Assembly (NCBI RefSeq): GCF_963921235.1
Contig: NC_086097.1
Location: forward strand, 18,850,001-18,914,000
DNA: 64,000 nt
Origin: Mobula hypostoma
Lineage: Eukaryota
Reading direction: 5' to 3'
Positions 38,157-52,361 of the stretch are shown here, piece by piece. A program made the position numbers and the translations under genes. The notes beneath the pieces were generated by a model. The model was not told the origin of the DNA and made no database searches. It worked only from the letters and a program-made list of their open reading frames with translations. The stretch's first letter is position 1; every line of letters begins with the position of its first letter.

Positions 38157-38598
38157 TCATATAATGAGATCACTCGAGTCGAGTATGATGCTCTCCAATT
38201 GGTGGGTCTTCAGGTGGCTGTAAAGGCTGATCTGAGAACCACACATTCTGCCCTTAATGGAGAACACCTGTATGTGATGTTGTTTAATGTGGGGAGACTG
38301 ATGCACAGATAGCCACCACACGGTCCTTGACAGATCAAGGTCAGGGTCTAGTGGCGTGGAATGGAAGATGACTGCGGACCCTTCGCCACTGCAGCCTTCC
38401 TCCACCCTCACGGTCATTGCGATGAGTCATCATCTTCCACCAGCTTCACTGTTGAGGTCTTGGCAGGAGTGCTGTTTGTCTCGGACCTCCCCTTTGACCT
38501 TACTGCTGTGGGTGATCCTACCAGGAGCTAAACTCCAGACAGCATCGTTACCAACTCACAAGCCTTTCCATCACGACGAGGTGATGATCCTCGGAGAA
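38157..38598 (-). mobile_element. Bipartite non-autonomous RTE derivative (5' UTR fused to 3' end)
   Basis: 3' part translates to GRMCGSQISLYSHLKTH (RTE C-terminus). The 5' part resembles RTE leaders (ctcgtcgtgatggaaaggcttgtgag...ggtaggatcacccacagc). Confidence 0.6.
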
Positions 38599-39830
38599 AC
38601 AGTCCCTTTAGCATTAATCTGTCATTTCTAGATTGGCACAAAGTGATCCTAGAGCAGAAGGAACCAGATTGCAGATGGAGAACTTGACACACATGCACAA
38701 ATAACCATTTACTTCGCTCAGGCAAAGGGGAAATTTATTTCTCACTCCCTTGCATACAGATTAGATAGAATTTGATTTCTATTTGCTAATGACCTTGACA
38801 TATTTTTAGTTTTGGGCTATTTTGAAAATTGCAAGACTTAGACATATGGGTCAGGCATATTATCATTAAAAGCTCCACATAATCACCTGTCAAATAGAAA
38901 AAGTAAATGTGCATAAATTAACACTATAAACCAATGCTTTCAATTAATGTCTGAATTTGGCAATTACATTACATTAAAAAGGACATGAAATATATATATA
39001 TATACAACCTCTGCTCCTTGCCTGAGTTTATTAATGAAGTATGATCATTTTTTGTGTCGATCTGTGAGTGTGAAGTAAAATCAGCATTTGTCACTGTTTA
39101 CCAATATTTTAAAAATTGACATTCAATATAAGGTCTCACCCCAAACATCAGAAAAGCTAAGAACTGTCCTGTTAGCCACAGATCTTTACTCCATGCACTT
39201 CTCTGTAAAGCACTGTATAATGAGAAGTCTGTTTTTGGGAACAGACAATCCAGCACAATTGAATTGTGTCTGTCTTAAGCCCAGCGCTTTGTGATGGGGA
39301 GAAGAGGAGGTTAGAGACTGAGTCATACATTGGGTATTGTTTATAGTCTGTCTTGGTGGGAAGGTTTTATTGTTGACTGTCGATGCTTATGGTGGGCCCA
39401 AATTCCCTGCCGTTAATCTTTTCCCTAAATATCTTTTGGAAATTTTGGACCCTCTGGGACTTCACATCTGAGAAGTTGTCTGAGAAAATTGAAGAGTCAT
39501 TAACATGAGGAAGTCAGCAGATGCTGGAACCCAAAACAACACACACAAAATTGCTGGAGGAACTCAGCAAATCCGGGAGCATTTATGGAGGATAATAAAC
39601 AATCGATGTTTCCTGCTGAGTTCCTTCAGCGTTTTGTGTGCATAGAGGAATCGTTGATCCATATGGAATAATGGAGAGTTGCATGTTGTTATGAGCTTAC
39701 TTAACCTGAGTCAGTGCTCTTAACTGATGTCATCAAGGAGTGTAAGGAAGAGGAACAGGTGAGCATCAAGACCTTAGGGAAACTCCATGGTGGATGGAGT
39801 GCTGAGGAAGTCTTAGGCACTCTAGCAACC

Positions 39831-42800
39831 ACTGCCTTAAATATAGATAAAGACTTGGCTTCCACAGCTGTCTGTGGCAAAGAATTCCACAGATTCACCA
39901 CTCTCTGGCTAAAGAAATACCTTCACATCTCCATTCTAAAAGGACGCCCTTTATTCCTAGGCTCTGTCCTCTGGTCTTAGACTCTACCACCATAGGAAAC
40001 GTCCTCTCCACATCCACTTTGCCAAGGCTTTTCACGATTCCATAGTAATCCAATGTGGTCACTCCTCATTCTGCTGAGGTTCAGTGAACACAGGCCCAGA
40101 GCTATCAAAAGCTCTTCATATGATAAGCCATTCAATCCTGGAATCATCTTCGTGAACCTCCTTTGAACCATCTCCAGTTTCAGCACATCCTTTCTAAGAT
40201 AAGGGGACTGAAACTGCTCACAATACTCCAAGTGAGTCCTCACCAGTATTTTATAAAATCTTAACATTACATCCTTGCATTTATATTTTAGTCTTCTTGA
40301 AATGAATGCTAACATTGCATTTGTCTTCCTCAACACAGACTCAACCAGCAAATTAACTTTTTGGGAATCCTGTAGAAGAACTCCCAAGTCCCTTTGCACC
40401 TCAGTTTTTTGTATTTTCTCTCCATTTTGAAAATAGTCAACACTTTCATTTCTTCTAGCAAAGTGCATGATTATACACTTCCTGACACTGTATTCCATCT
40501 GCCACTTCTTTGCCCAATTTGTCTAAATCCTTCTGTAGCCTCTCTACTTCCAAAAACTACTTGCCCCTCTAAATAACTACATATCATCTGCAAACATTGC
40601 AACAGAAACTTAAATTCTGTCATCAAAATCATTGACATATAATGTGAAAAGAAACTATCCCAACACAGACGCCTGTGGAACACCACTAGTTACCAACACC
40701 CAGTCAGAAAAGGCTCCCTTTATTCTGACTCTTTGCCTCCTGCCAATCAGCCACTGCTTTATCCTTGCGAGAATCTTTCCTGCAATATCATGGGCTTGTG
40801 AAGTGTTAAGCACCCTCATGTGTGGCACCTTGTGAAAGGAATTCAAAAATCCAAGTATGTAACATCAACTCATCTTCCTTTGTCTGTCCTGCTAGTTATT
40901 TCTTCAAAGAATTCCAACAGATTTGTCAGGCAAGATCTTCCCTTGAGGAAACGATGCTGACAATGGCCTATTTTATCATGTGCCTCCAAGTACCCAGAAA
41001 TATCATCCTTAATAATCGACTCCAACTACTGAGGTCAGACTAATTGACCTATAGTTTCCTTTCTTCTGCCTCTGTCTCTTCTTGAAGAGTGGTGTGACGT
41101 TTACAATTTTCCAGTCTCTTGAAAGATCATTACTAATGCCTCCACAATCTCTTCAGCCACGTCCTTCAGAACTCTGGGGTGTACACCAACTGGTCCAGGT
41201 GACTTATCTACCTTCAGACCTTTCATTTTTCTAAGAACCTTCTCTCTACTTATGACAACTTCATACACTTCATGGCCCCTAACACATAGAACTTCCACCA
41301 TACTGCTAGTGTCTTCCACAGTGAAAATTGATGCAAAAAACTTATTCAGTTTGTTCGTCATTTTATTTTTCCCCATCACTACCACCCCAGCATCATTTTC
41401 CAGCAGTTCAATATCCACTCTTGCTTCTCTTTTACACTTTATGTATCTGAAGAAACTTTGGTATCCTCTTCAATATTATTGGCTAGCTTACTTTCGTATT
41501 CCATCTTCACCTTCTTAATGACATTTTTTGGTTGCTTTCTGTTGGTATTTGAAAGCTTCCAATCCTCTAATTTTCCAATAATTTGCTCTATTATCTGCCT
41601 TCTCTTTGGCTTCTATGTTGGCTTTGACTTTTCTTGTTAGCCACGATTATGTCATCTTGTCTTCAGAATACTTCTTCCTCTTTGGGATGTATATATTGCG
41701 TGCCTTCTGAATTGCTTCCAGAAATTCCAGCCATTGTTGCTCTGCCATCCCTGTCAGTGTTCTTTTCCAATCAATTCTGGCCAAATCCTCTCTCATGCCC
41801 CTGTAATTCCCTTTACTCCATTGTAATACTGATACATCTGACTTTAGCTTCTTCTCCTCAAATATCTGGATGAATTTGATCATATTATGATCACTTGTCC
41901 CTATAGGTTCGTTTACCTTAATCTCTCTAATCAATTCTAGTTCATTGCACAACACCCAATCCAGAATAGTTAATCTTCTGGTGGGCTCAACCATGAGCTG
42001 CTCTAAAAGGCCATCTCGTAGGCAGTCGAGAAACTCCCCATCTGTAATCTAGCACCCACCAAATTTTTCCAACCTACCTACATATTGAAGTTCTCCATTG
42101 CCCTTTTGGGCATGCATTTTCTATCTCCTGTTGTAATTTGTAGGCGACATTCTTACTACTGTTTTAGGGTTTTGTATACAACTCCCATCAGGTTCTTTTT
42201 ACTCTTGCAGTTCCGTAGCTCTATCCACAATGATTCAACACCTTCTGACCCGATATCACCTCTTTTTCATGCTTTGATTTCATTTTTTACCAACAGAGCA
42301 GCACTGCCCCCTCTGCCTTCCAGCCAATCCTTTCAATACAATGTGTATCCTTGGACATTAAGCTCCCAGCTACAATCTTACAGCCATAATTCAGTGATGC
42401 CTACAACATCATACCTGCCAATCTGCAACTAGGCTGCAAGTTAATCTATCCTGTTCCGTATACTGTGCACTTTGAAATATAACACCTTCAGTCTTGTATT
42501 CACCCTTATTGGTTTTGTCTGCCTTTTACATTGCAACTCATCCTGTTGACTGCAATTTTGACCTATCAACAACGTCTCTTCACTACACATTACCTCTGCT
42601 TGTAAACCGGCTACCTCATCTTCAGCACTGTTATCCACTTTTCCTGCTATACTTCTTGCATTGAAATTTAGGAAACTTAAGACACTAGTTGCACCATGCT
42701 CAACCTTTTGTTTCCTACTTTGTCTGGGGACCTACAGACATCTGCTTCCACAACCTCCCCACAAACTGTTCTGGCACTCTGGGTCCCATCCCCTTGCAAC

Positions 42801-43870
42801 CCCACCGTGCAGCATTCACAAACCTTCCCACTAGGATATTAGTCCCCCTCCAGTTCAGGCGCAAACCATCTCTTCTGTATCGTTTTCACCTTTCCTGGAA
42901 GAGAGCCTAATGATCCAGAAATCTTATGCCCTCCCTCCAACACCAACTCCTTAGCCACATATTAAACTGTATAATCTTCCTCGTTCTAACCTCACTAGCA
43001 CATGGCACAGGTAGTAATCCTGAGATCACAACCTTGGAGGTTCAGCCCTTTAACTTAGCAGCTAACTCCCTGAACTCCCTACGCAGAACTTCATCACTCA
43101 TCCTACTTTGTCATCGGTACCTACTTGGGCCAAGACTTCTGGCTGATCACCCTCCCACTTAAGAATGCTGAGGACTTGATTTGAGATGTCCCAGACCCTG
43201 GCACTTGGGAGGCAACATACCATCCAGGAATCTCATTCTCGCCTACAGAACCTTCTGTCAGTTAGGCGGATAGACTAACAAATCCTTCAGTGTGTCTCTT
43301 CTCCCCCCCGCCACACTTCCCTTCTGAGTCACAGAGGCAGACAGTGCCAGAGACCTGATGACTGTGACTTTCCTCTGTTAAGTCATTCCCCCACCCCTCC
43401 CCACAGTATCCAGAGAGATAAACCTCCTAACCTTTCTCCCCTTCCTGACTGCACCTTGGGTGTAACTACCTCTCTATACATCCTATCACCTCTTCAGCCT
43501 TCCGAAATAGCCAGAGTTCACCCAGTTCCACCCCCAGCTCCTTAACGTGGTTGGTTAGAAGCTGCAGCTGGATGCACCTCTTGCAGTTGTAGTCGTCAGG
43601 GACACTGGAGGTCTCCCTGCCTTCCCACATTTCGCAAGAGGAGCATTTCACTGTCCTGCCTGACATCTTAACTGTCCTAGCTGAGCAGATATAAAGAAGA
43701 GAAGGGAAAAAATACTTGAGTTTTTCTTTCCTTCGCTTTTTCTGAGTAAAGTCTCTCTTTGATGAAGCCTTGAAGAGCTAAGGCCTCAGGATCACCACTC
43801 TGACAATGGCCGCTGATCTTACCCCCGCCTTGCTTTAAGTTGCTCTCACTAATCAGTCCCAGATGTCGAT
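39831..43870 (-). mobile_element. Near full-length degenerate CR1 LINE (5' UTR, ORF1 zinc finger/leucine zipper plus esterase-like region, ORF2 EN-RT)
   Basis: ORF1 VKCSSCEMWE...CKRCIQLQLL..VKEL; EN LKVLYFKVHSIRN and VEPTRRLTILDWVLCNE; RT KSPGPVGVHPRVLK and SGVPQASVLG. Many stops and frameshifts. Confidence 0.92.
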
Positions 43871-46835
43871 TGGTTGCTGGTCAAAGGTCTATTACACTGC
43901 TGTGACCTGCTGCTGCTGTCTTTACATCCTTGGGCAGTGAACCAGATTGAAGTCCCTTCCTCTCCAAACTTCCGATGTTCGGATTGGCCACCAGGCAAAG
44001 CTCTGTTACTGTGTAATATCCTCAGCTGTTTCAGTTTGATCACATTTCATTCTTCTAAACCCCAAGGAATATAGGTCCAACTCTTTTAGTAGATAGAACA
44101 ATCTCTGATCCCAAGTGCAGTCCACTCACCATACTATAGTAATGGTATGATTAATCTAGAGAGGCTGCCAAAGTGATTCACAAGGGACTGGGGGACTTAA
44201 ATTACAAGCAGAGACTGCATAGGCTAGTTACTGGGCAGGTTGCTTATTTAATGGCGTGTTCACAGAACTTTGAACCGCAGGTCTAAATTAACTTCCACTA
44301 GGTATTTTGGCTCTGGGAATTTTTTTTTAGTTAAGGCTTACCAGTGGTATTTTTAGCATTTTCTGTTTGATCAAAAGGTAATAAAAACAGTAATAAAGAT
44401 CGGTGGAAGATAGCGTAGGCTTCTACATTCTGCAGGTTGATGGGGAAAATGTGTTGCCATGGGTGGTTGTCATGGTCTAGAAGGAAGTAATACTTGGAGA
44501 TCTCCTGCTCTGTGAATGATACTTGGAAAAAAAAGACTGTGGCTAAAAAAGAGCCAAAGTCAATCCTCCAATTAGAACCATCTTCATTCCCTTTCCCAAC
44601 AATATCCTGGTGCCCAAGTCCAAGTGGATATCCTGAGGTGAAGGAGGCTAATAAGTTTATAACCCGTATAAAGGTTTATAACGCCATGAGAGGCATCGAT
44701 AAAGTAGCGTTTTTTTTCCCCTGGGGGATGAGAATCTAAAACCAGAGGCCTTAGATTTAAAGTGAGACAGAAAAATTTAAAGGATCATAAGACCATAAGA
44801 CATAGGAGGAGAATTAGGACACCTGGACTGGGTCTGCTCCGCCATTTCATCCTGGCTAATTTATTCCCCCTCTCAACCCCGTTCTCCTGCCTTCCCCCTG
44901 TAATCCTTAATGCCCTTATTAATCAAGAACCCAGGGAACTTCAAGGGCAGTTTATCCACAGGGTGGTAGGGGTATGGAACGAGCTGCCAGAGGATGTGAT
45001 AGTGATAAAATTGCATTTAAAATATGTTTGGACAGGTAGATGGGCAGGGAATGCTTGGAGGAGTATGGGTCAAGTGCAGGCAAATGGGATTAGATCAGCA
45101 CCCTAATTGATTATGACAAGTTAGGTTGAGGGACCTGCTTTCATGATGTACAACGCTATAACTCTAAGATCTACCACAGTGAATCCCTCCAGACTGTCTC
45201 CAATGCAATTAACTCCTTTCTTGAATAAGAGGATCAATATATTATTTGTCTTGGTAATTACTTACTGCACCTGCTTGCTGTCTGTTTGTATTTTCTGCAC
45301 AAGAAAAGCTAGATCCTGCTGCTCCTCATGATTTGCAGTCTTTCTCCATTAGATAACAATCTGCACTTTATTTTCCTATTTTGTTTATAGATACAGCACA
45401 GTACCAGACCTATCTTGTCCAACGAGCCCATACCCATGTGTACCATTGTGACCAATTAACCTACTAACCCACAGGACTTTGGAATGTGGGAGGAAACCCC
45501 AAATGGTCACGGGGAAGATGTACAAACTCCTTACAGACAGTGACGGAACTGAACACAGCCCACAGGCTAATAGTGTTATGATAATGTGCCGCCAAATACT
45601 AGTTTCAGTTTATGTTCAACAAAAAAAAATTGAATTCACTTACTCAAGAGCATGACCCCACTCCTTCCCATGTTGAATTTCACTTGCTAACCCTCACTTA
45701 ATCAAACAATATTCCATAGCAGGGTCACAATATGCTTATCACAACATGCCTTTCCATCTATTTTTGTGTCATCAGCAAAGATGTACATGTTACAGACTGC
45801 ACCCTCCTCACAGCCATAAATATATACGTATATAAATAGTTAATAATCGAGGCCAAGAACTGATCCTTTGGGAACTCCATTGATTTGTCCTTATTAGCAG
45901 AGAAAGACTCATTTATTCTGATTCGGTCTTCAAGCTGACAATCAATTCTTAATTCATATTTGCAAATTTCCCCAAATTCTGTGAACCCTTATTTTGCGTA
46001 CTGGCTCTGTAAATGGAACCTTAGCCTTATTGAATGAAGGACTTCCTATTTTTTATGAATTTATTTCAGAAGCATACTCCCAGTCCATGATTCTAAAAAT
46101 GGAATCAAGGCACTAAAGGCCATGCTAATTACTTGTGTTTATATTAACAGCCATACTAACAACTTGTATTTTAATTGGCTGCGTCACCATCTGGTATGGG
46201 GGAGGACTACTGCACAGGATCGAAATAATCTGCAGAAAGTTGTAATCTTAGTCAGCTCCATCATGGTCACTAGCCTCCGTAGTATCCGGGACATCTTCAA
46301 GGAGTGATACCTCAAAAAGCCAACGTCCATTAGTAAGGATCCCCATCGAGGATTGTAACAAATTAACAACAAGGTACATTCAAAAACATTAGGATGAGTG
46401 ACAAAGAATTTGTTCAAAGGAGTACATTTAAGGATTTAGGAGGAAGTTCTGCATCTTAAGGTCTCAGCAGCAGGAGGCAATATAATTCAAAGCCACTCAA
46501 GAGGCCCGAATTGGATGTCTGCAGAGCTAGTAGAGATTTCAGACTTACAGAAGAACAAAGCCCTGATGGGAGTTCATTAGAAGTGATCAAAGTGAAGTGA
46601 TGCTCTGTGGTTTAATACTTTCTTAACTTTGGTTGAGATAACGCACCTAGAGACACACTTTCAAGGACTCTTCAACTCAAGTACTTGATATTTATTGTTT
46701 ATTTATTTATTATTATAATTTTTTTTTCTTTTTTGCACTCGCACAGTTTTTTTGTCTTTTGCACATTGGTTGTCTGTTCGTCTTTGCTGTGTGTGTTCTT
46801 TCATTGATGGTGTTTCATTGTATTTACTGTGAATG

Positions 46836-47419
46836 AGACCCTCCGTTGGTTGACCACAGATGTTATTTTCCATCTGTCTACATGATATGCAAACCAGGGC
46901 AGTACAATATGGAGAGCAAGCTTTTGCCCATGTAGCAAGTTTTCCCCTCTCCACACTGCTGATGAATCCAAAAGAATGGCAGAGACCGATACAGTTTGGC
47001 ACCAGCAGTCTCACAGGAGTTGCCAATCAGCATTGAACTCAAAGTCAGACTGCCTTTAGGGACTCCAGCTCCAGATTTTTCCCTTGGAGTTTACTCAGAA
47101 AGCCTTCCCTATGAGTGGATATAGCCACAAGGCAGTGGAATCTTCCTTCTCCTAGATAGTTTGTCAACCTTAGTTGACGAGCCCCATCTGTCCAAAGCGA
47201 CTGGTTTTAAGGCACCAGTAACCCACCTTTGCCCCTTGTCCTCTCAGTAGAGATGGTTCAACTGGGCTTAGTGGCTAAGCCACTTGTAAAGACCAGGAGC
47301 TGGATTTGGTTGTCAGAGGTTATTTGAGGTTCACGCTATTGGGAGCATTTAATAGGTAGTAGGAGTTTATCCCCACTACCACCCCCAGCTATTAACAACT
47401 TCAAGGAACCACAAGCTCT
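46836..47419 (-). mobile_element. RTE-related non-autonomous insertion in a Rex1-type tail, with 8-bp TSD
   Basis: TGTGAATG at 46828-46835 and 47420-47427; the host tail is continuous once the insert is removed. Shares an internal segment with the SINE at 48.9-49.2 kb. Confidence 0.65.
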
Positions 47420-48881
47420 TGTGAATGCCCATAAGAAAATAAATCTCAGGCTAGTATTTGTACTTCGATATTAAATTTATATTCAACTTTGAATTTTGAA
47501 GTATATTCTGATCGCAGAGCATGTGACCACATTATCCACGACCCACCAGGAATCAGTTGCCATTCTACTCTGGCATTGTGTGTGCTGATGTGCTCAGATA
47601 CTTGAAACTTGCCAGATGATCTAATCAAAATGAAAATCAGATGTTCTGTCGCAAACTCCAGATCTACAAACTAAATCCTGAAACTAAAAGTCTCTTCTAA
47701 AATGACCAATACTCAGCTGGAGGAACTTTGTTTTAGTTTATGACTCATTATTGTATAAATAGTCTGATAATTTAGATATAGTTAAGGCGACAAGCATAGA
47801 AACAAGTCATCCACAAGGGTCTGCCTTAATAGTAGAAGAAATGGGCTTGGGATTGGTGGGTGTAACAGAACTCCAAGGATGAAGCCTCAGGCACCACAGA
47901 CATTGTTATGTGGGCTCAAGGAGGGAAGCCATTGCTGGCAATTCTTTGATTGGGATTGGATGTTGTGCGTGGAGCTGTGCACATACCATTCCAGCTGAAC
48001 GCTAGCCATTTTCCAGAACTATTTGAATTCTCTGAAAATGTTGAAAAATTAAGAAAATCTACCCTTTGTGTGAGCTTCCTAAAAATGCTTTTGATTTCAA
48101 TGGGTTTCAATTCATCTTGGGAAATATGAATATCTTGTGATAGGGTAGGGCTGAGGGTGACCAGCACCAAACAATCTACAAGCAAATCACTTTTTCCCCA
48201 TTATTGTGGCAGAGGCAAATCCTGTTTTTTAAAATGCAAGGTCAATTTGAACCAGTCCAATGATGAAGCTATGATTAAAGTTTTGGAGATTTTCAGTGAG
48301 CTTCCAACTCCCATCAACATTCATTTATAGCCTTGATCTCCATCACGAGGTAGCTCATCAATCTTTAAAGATTGCTTCTCCGTGTCTTGTGTCTTGTTTC
48401 TGTTTATTTCAGTCAATGTTGATTGGCCTTATAGAATGTTACTTTTCAGCTACCAAGGTGATATGAGTTCAAAGATTAAGGATCAATTTTGTTCACTATA
48501 TACATTTACACGTATTACAAATTTGCTGTGGTGTATTGTCATGTTATGCAATAAAAAAAAACATTCAAAGTTCAAAGTAAAATTTATTATCAGAGTACGT
48601 ACTGGTACATGTCACCTCATACAACCCTGAGATTCTTTTTCCTGTGGGCATACTCAACAAATCTATGGAAGAGTAACTGTAAACAGGATCAATGAAAGAG
48701 CAAGAGCAGAGAAGACAACAAATTGTGCAAATGCAAGTATAATTAAATAGCAATAAGTAACAAGAGTGTAAAATAACAAAATAGAGAGTCCTTAAAGTGA
48801 GGTCAGTAGTTGTGGAAACAGCTTAATAGATGGGTGTAGTTATCCCGTTTTGTTCAATGACCTGATGATTGAGGGGTAGTA

Positions 48882-49177
48882 GAGTAGAATAGGCATCCGT
48901 TAGTCTCGTGAGACCATGGATTTGCGCCTTGGAAGGTTTCCAGGGCGCAGGCCTGAGCAAGGTTGCATGGAAGACCAGCAGTCCCCCCTCTCCACGCCAC
49001 CGATGTGTCCAAGGGAAGGGCATTAGGACCCATACAGCTTGACACCGGTGTCGTTGCAGAGCAATGTGTGGTTAAGTGCCTTGTTCAAGGACACACATGC
49101 TGCCTCAGCCAAGGCTCGAACTAGTGACCTTCAAATCACTAGACGAACGCCTTAACCACTTGGCCACGCAGCAACAC
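48882..49177 (-). mobile_element. tRNA-derived SINE with 10-bp TSD, inserted in a Rex1/Babar 3' fragment (about 48562-49290, minus)
   Basis: A box tggccaagtgg, B box agttcgagcc, and TSD AGGGGTAGTA at 48872-48881 and 49178-49187. Confidence 0.88.
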
Positions 49178-51297
49178 AGGGGTAGTAACTGTTCTGGAAT
49201 CTGGTGGTATGAGTCCTGAGGCTCCTGTACCTTCTACCTGATGGCAACAGCAAGAAAAGAGCATGGTCAGGATGGTGAGGATCTTTGATGATAATTTATA
49301 AAGTACACTTTTACAGAATTCAAATAGTTCTGGAAGATGACTAGTATAGAATAATTATAAAGAATAAAGAATTGTATAAAAAGTAGTTAGAGATTAAATA
49401 TAGATATGGAATAAAATGTACATAAATACGTGAGTACCAGCAGGTATTTGTAATATAAACAGCATTAGAAAGAGTGGTTTAAAGTGTTTGTATGTGACAT
49501 TCCGTTTACTCTCTGGGATGCATTCTACAATCACTAAGGGATGGAGGAGTACGCTGGCTTTGGATAACAGGCGATTCATCTTCTTGTAAAAACTCCATTC
49601 TCCCTACGAAGAAGAATAACTGTGGAGAGAAGTCAACCATCATTAGAATAAATGACACCCAGGCAAGTATTGATCAGCTTTCTTACTGAAGAGCAGATAA
49701 TAATTGGGTCACAGTCTCAAGCTAGTAGGTCAGAACTGATGCAGATAATTGGATCGGGGATTCTGAAAGATAATTGGTTCAGAGTATGAAATTAACAGGC
49801 ATCTGGATCTGTGAAAATAATAGGGCACTGGGCTCTGTTTAGAGATAACTAGGTCAATGCCAGTAAACAATAAAAATCTATTTTAGTGAGCACAATAAAT
49901 CTTGGAATGGCTGGTAATGACAAGCTCCAATTCTTGTGTGACGTGAACAATTCCTTTCTCTGTTGGTACAGGGAGTTGTCGTCAAGCCAACAGGCAGCAA
50001 CAACTTCAGAATTTCTTCAGTCATTCACACTGGAGAATGTTGGAGGAAAAAAAACATTTCTCTCTACCTTTATTGCAGCATTAGCGTGAATATTCCTTCC
50101 AGCATTTAATACTGAGAAGTTATTTTCTTTTATTCCTTCTAATATCATATGCATTGATTAAAACACGCTTCTCCCATTGCAAACATTCTGGTTGTTTGCT
50201 TCAAAAGCATACGTGTTCCTATTGATTGAAATCAGAGTTAAATAAGCTTGGCAATCAAAATCCTATTAATAAATAACAGGAACAGGGTAGGAAAAATAAA
50301 CAGGAGCACTTTATTCAAGGCAAAGTGAGATATGACTTATCAGGAATGATTTCTTTCTACCGAGGAAGGACCTGTTGTTCCTTTGGTGCCATTGATTGCA
50401 ACGATTTATTCAGCAGATGTTACTTCATTCCTAGCAAAGAAAATCTCTCCATACTGATGTAACTGGGTAAATATAACCTCCTTTGACTGACTATTTGCAG
50501 GATTAGACAAGAGCTCTCAATGTATAAGAAACAAGCCTCATTATTTATTTATTTGTTGAGATACAGCACAGAGTAGGCCCATTCAGTGGTGCCACCCAGC
50601 AATCCCCCAATTTAACCCTGGCCTAATCATGGGACAATTTACAATGACCAACAAACCTACCAACTGGTACGTCTTTGGACTGTGGAAGAAAACCCAGGCG
50701 ATCACAGGGAGAACATACAAACTCCTTACAGGCAGTGGTGGGAAAGTGAATGACAATTCTGCTCCTCCCTTTTATACCTCTGCAGATATATATTTTATGT
50801 TTCTCGTCCATTTACTACTTACTCCCCACCCTTGCTTTTACCCTGCACATGGTTCTTTTTTCTCATTTAATCTCTTCTGCCTTCCAAATTTCCCTTCTCT
50901 CATTTGCATATCTCCACGCTTCCCATTTCTCTCTGTCATAAAACCTGATAGTTCCGCAGACACAAGGGACTCTGCAAAAGCCTGGTGAAGGGTCTTGGCC
51001 TGAATTGTCTCTCCAAACATACTGTTTGACCTGCAAAGTTTCTCCAGCATTTTGTGCGTGTTGCTCTGGTAGGAGCACAGAATGTTAATGGCACAGGAGT
51101 CACTCAGGCCATCGAGTCATCTCGTTATTTCCTCCATTTCATTGACCCTGAAGGCAATGCCTGATCTGCTGAGTGGTTCCAACTTTTTCTCTGGAATTGT
51201 ACAAGGAAAACCTGGATTTTTTTTTTAAAGTAACAGCACCAGCAATATAGGGGATGATTTGCAATCACAGAATTGTTGTTTTCACCAAAATGCCGAT

Positions 51298-51824
51298 TAT
51301 TGGTGGCCATTTTATTAGGTACAATAGGTACCCAATTGGAGACACTGAGTGTATGTTCATGTTCTGCTGCTGTAGCTCATCCTCTTCAAGGTTCGATGTG
51401 TTGTGCGTTCAGAGATGCTCTTCTGCACACCACTGTTGTAATGCATGGTTGAGTTACTGTCACCTTCCTGTCAGCTTCAACCAGTCTGGCCATTCTCCTC
51501 TGACCTCTCTCACTAACCAGGCATTTTTGCTCACTGGATGTTTTATTTCTGTTTTTTTGCACCATTCTCTGCAAGCTCTAGAGACTGTTGTGAGGTCAGC
51601 AATTTCTGAAATACTCAAAGCACTCCATCTGGCACTAACAATCCTACCACAGTCAAAGTCATAGATCACACTTTTCCCCATTCTAATGTTTAGTCTGAAT
51701 AACAACTCTTGACCACATCTGCAAGCTTTTATGCATTGAGTTGCTGGCATATGATTGGCTGATTAGATACTTGTATTAATGAGCAAGTGTACAGGTGTAC
51801 CTACTAAAATGCTCACTGAGTGTA
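51298..51824 (-). mobile_element. Non-autonomous Tc1/mariner element
   Basis: TIRs tggccattttattaggtaca and tgtacctactaaaatgctcactgagtgta. Translates to MGK...DFDCGRIVSAR...SISEIADL and ERGQRRMARLVEADRK. Confidence 0.85.
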
Positions 51825-52361
51825 TACTGAAGATCAATACCTGAACCTTGTTAAACAGGATTCAGTTCAGGCCCACTAGTGAGAATGATTTTTACATTTC
51901 TCAGCCACTTTCAGTTTCTTACAAACCCACCAACATCATTTAAGACTGCAGTGTGAAAACAAATGCAATTCAGCTGATTTTATGACCATGACTTGGGATA
52001 CAGTGCCTTCGCCCTATCCAGAGTTAAGAAAACAACATGTGTATATCACAGCCCATTAACAGACATGATGCATTGAAGGAAAAGGAAATTTGCTCAGCAT
52101 CTTTCACAAATTTAAGGATATCCCAATGTAACTCAAAGCCAAGTGCCATTGAAGTGTGATCATCAGAGGGGAAAGAGGCAGATAGCAACAATACATGATT
52201 AGCAGCATCATTGACGACTGCATCATTGGGGAATAGAACAGCTCAGCTGCATTTTAGATTGTAAAATGGAATCCTTAAAATTTAAGGATTACCTTTATTC
52301 ATCACATGTACATTAAAACATACAATGAAATGCATTATTTGTGTTGAAGTTACGCTAGAGG

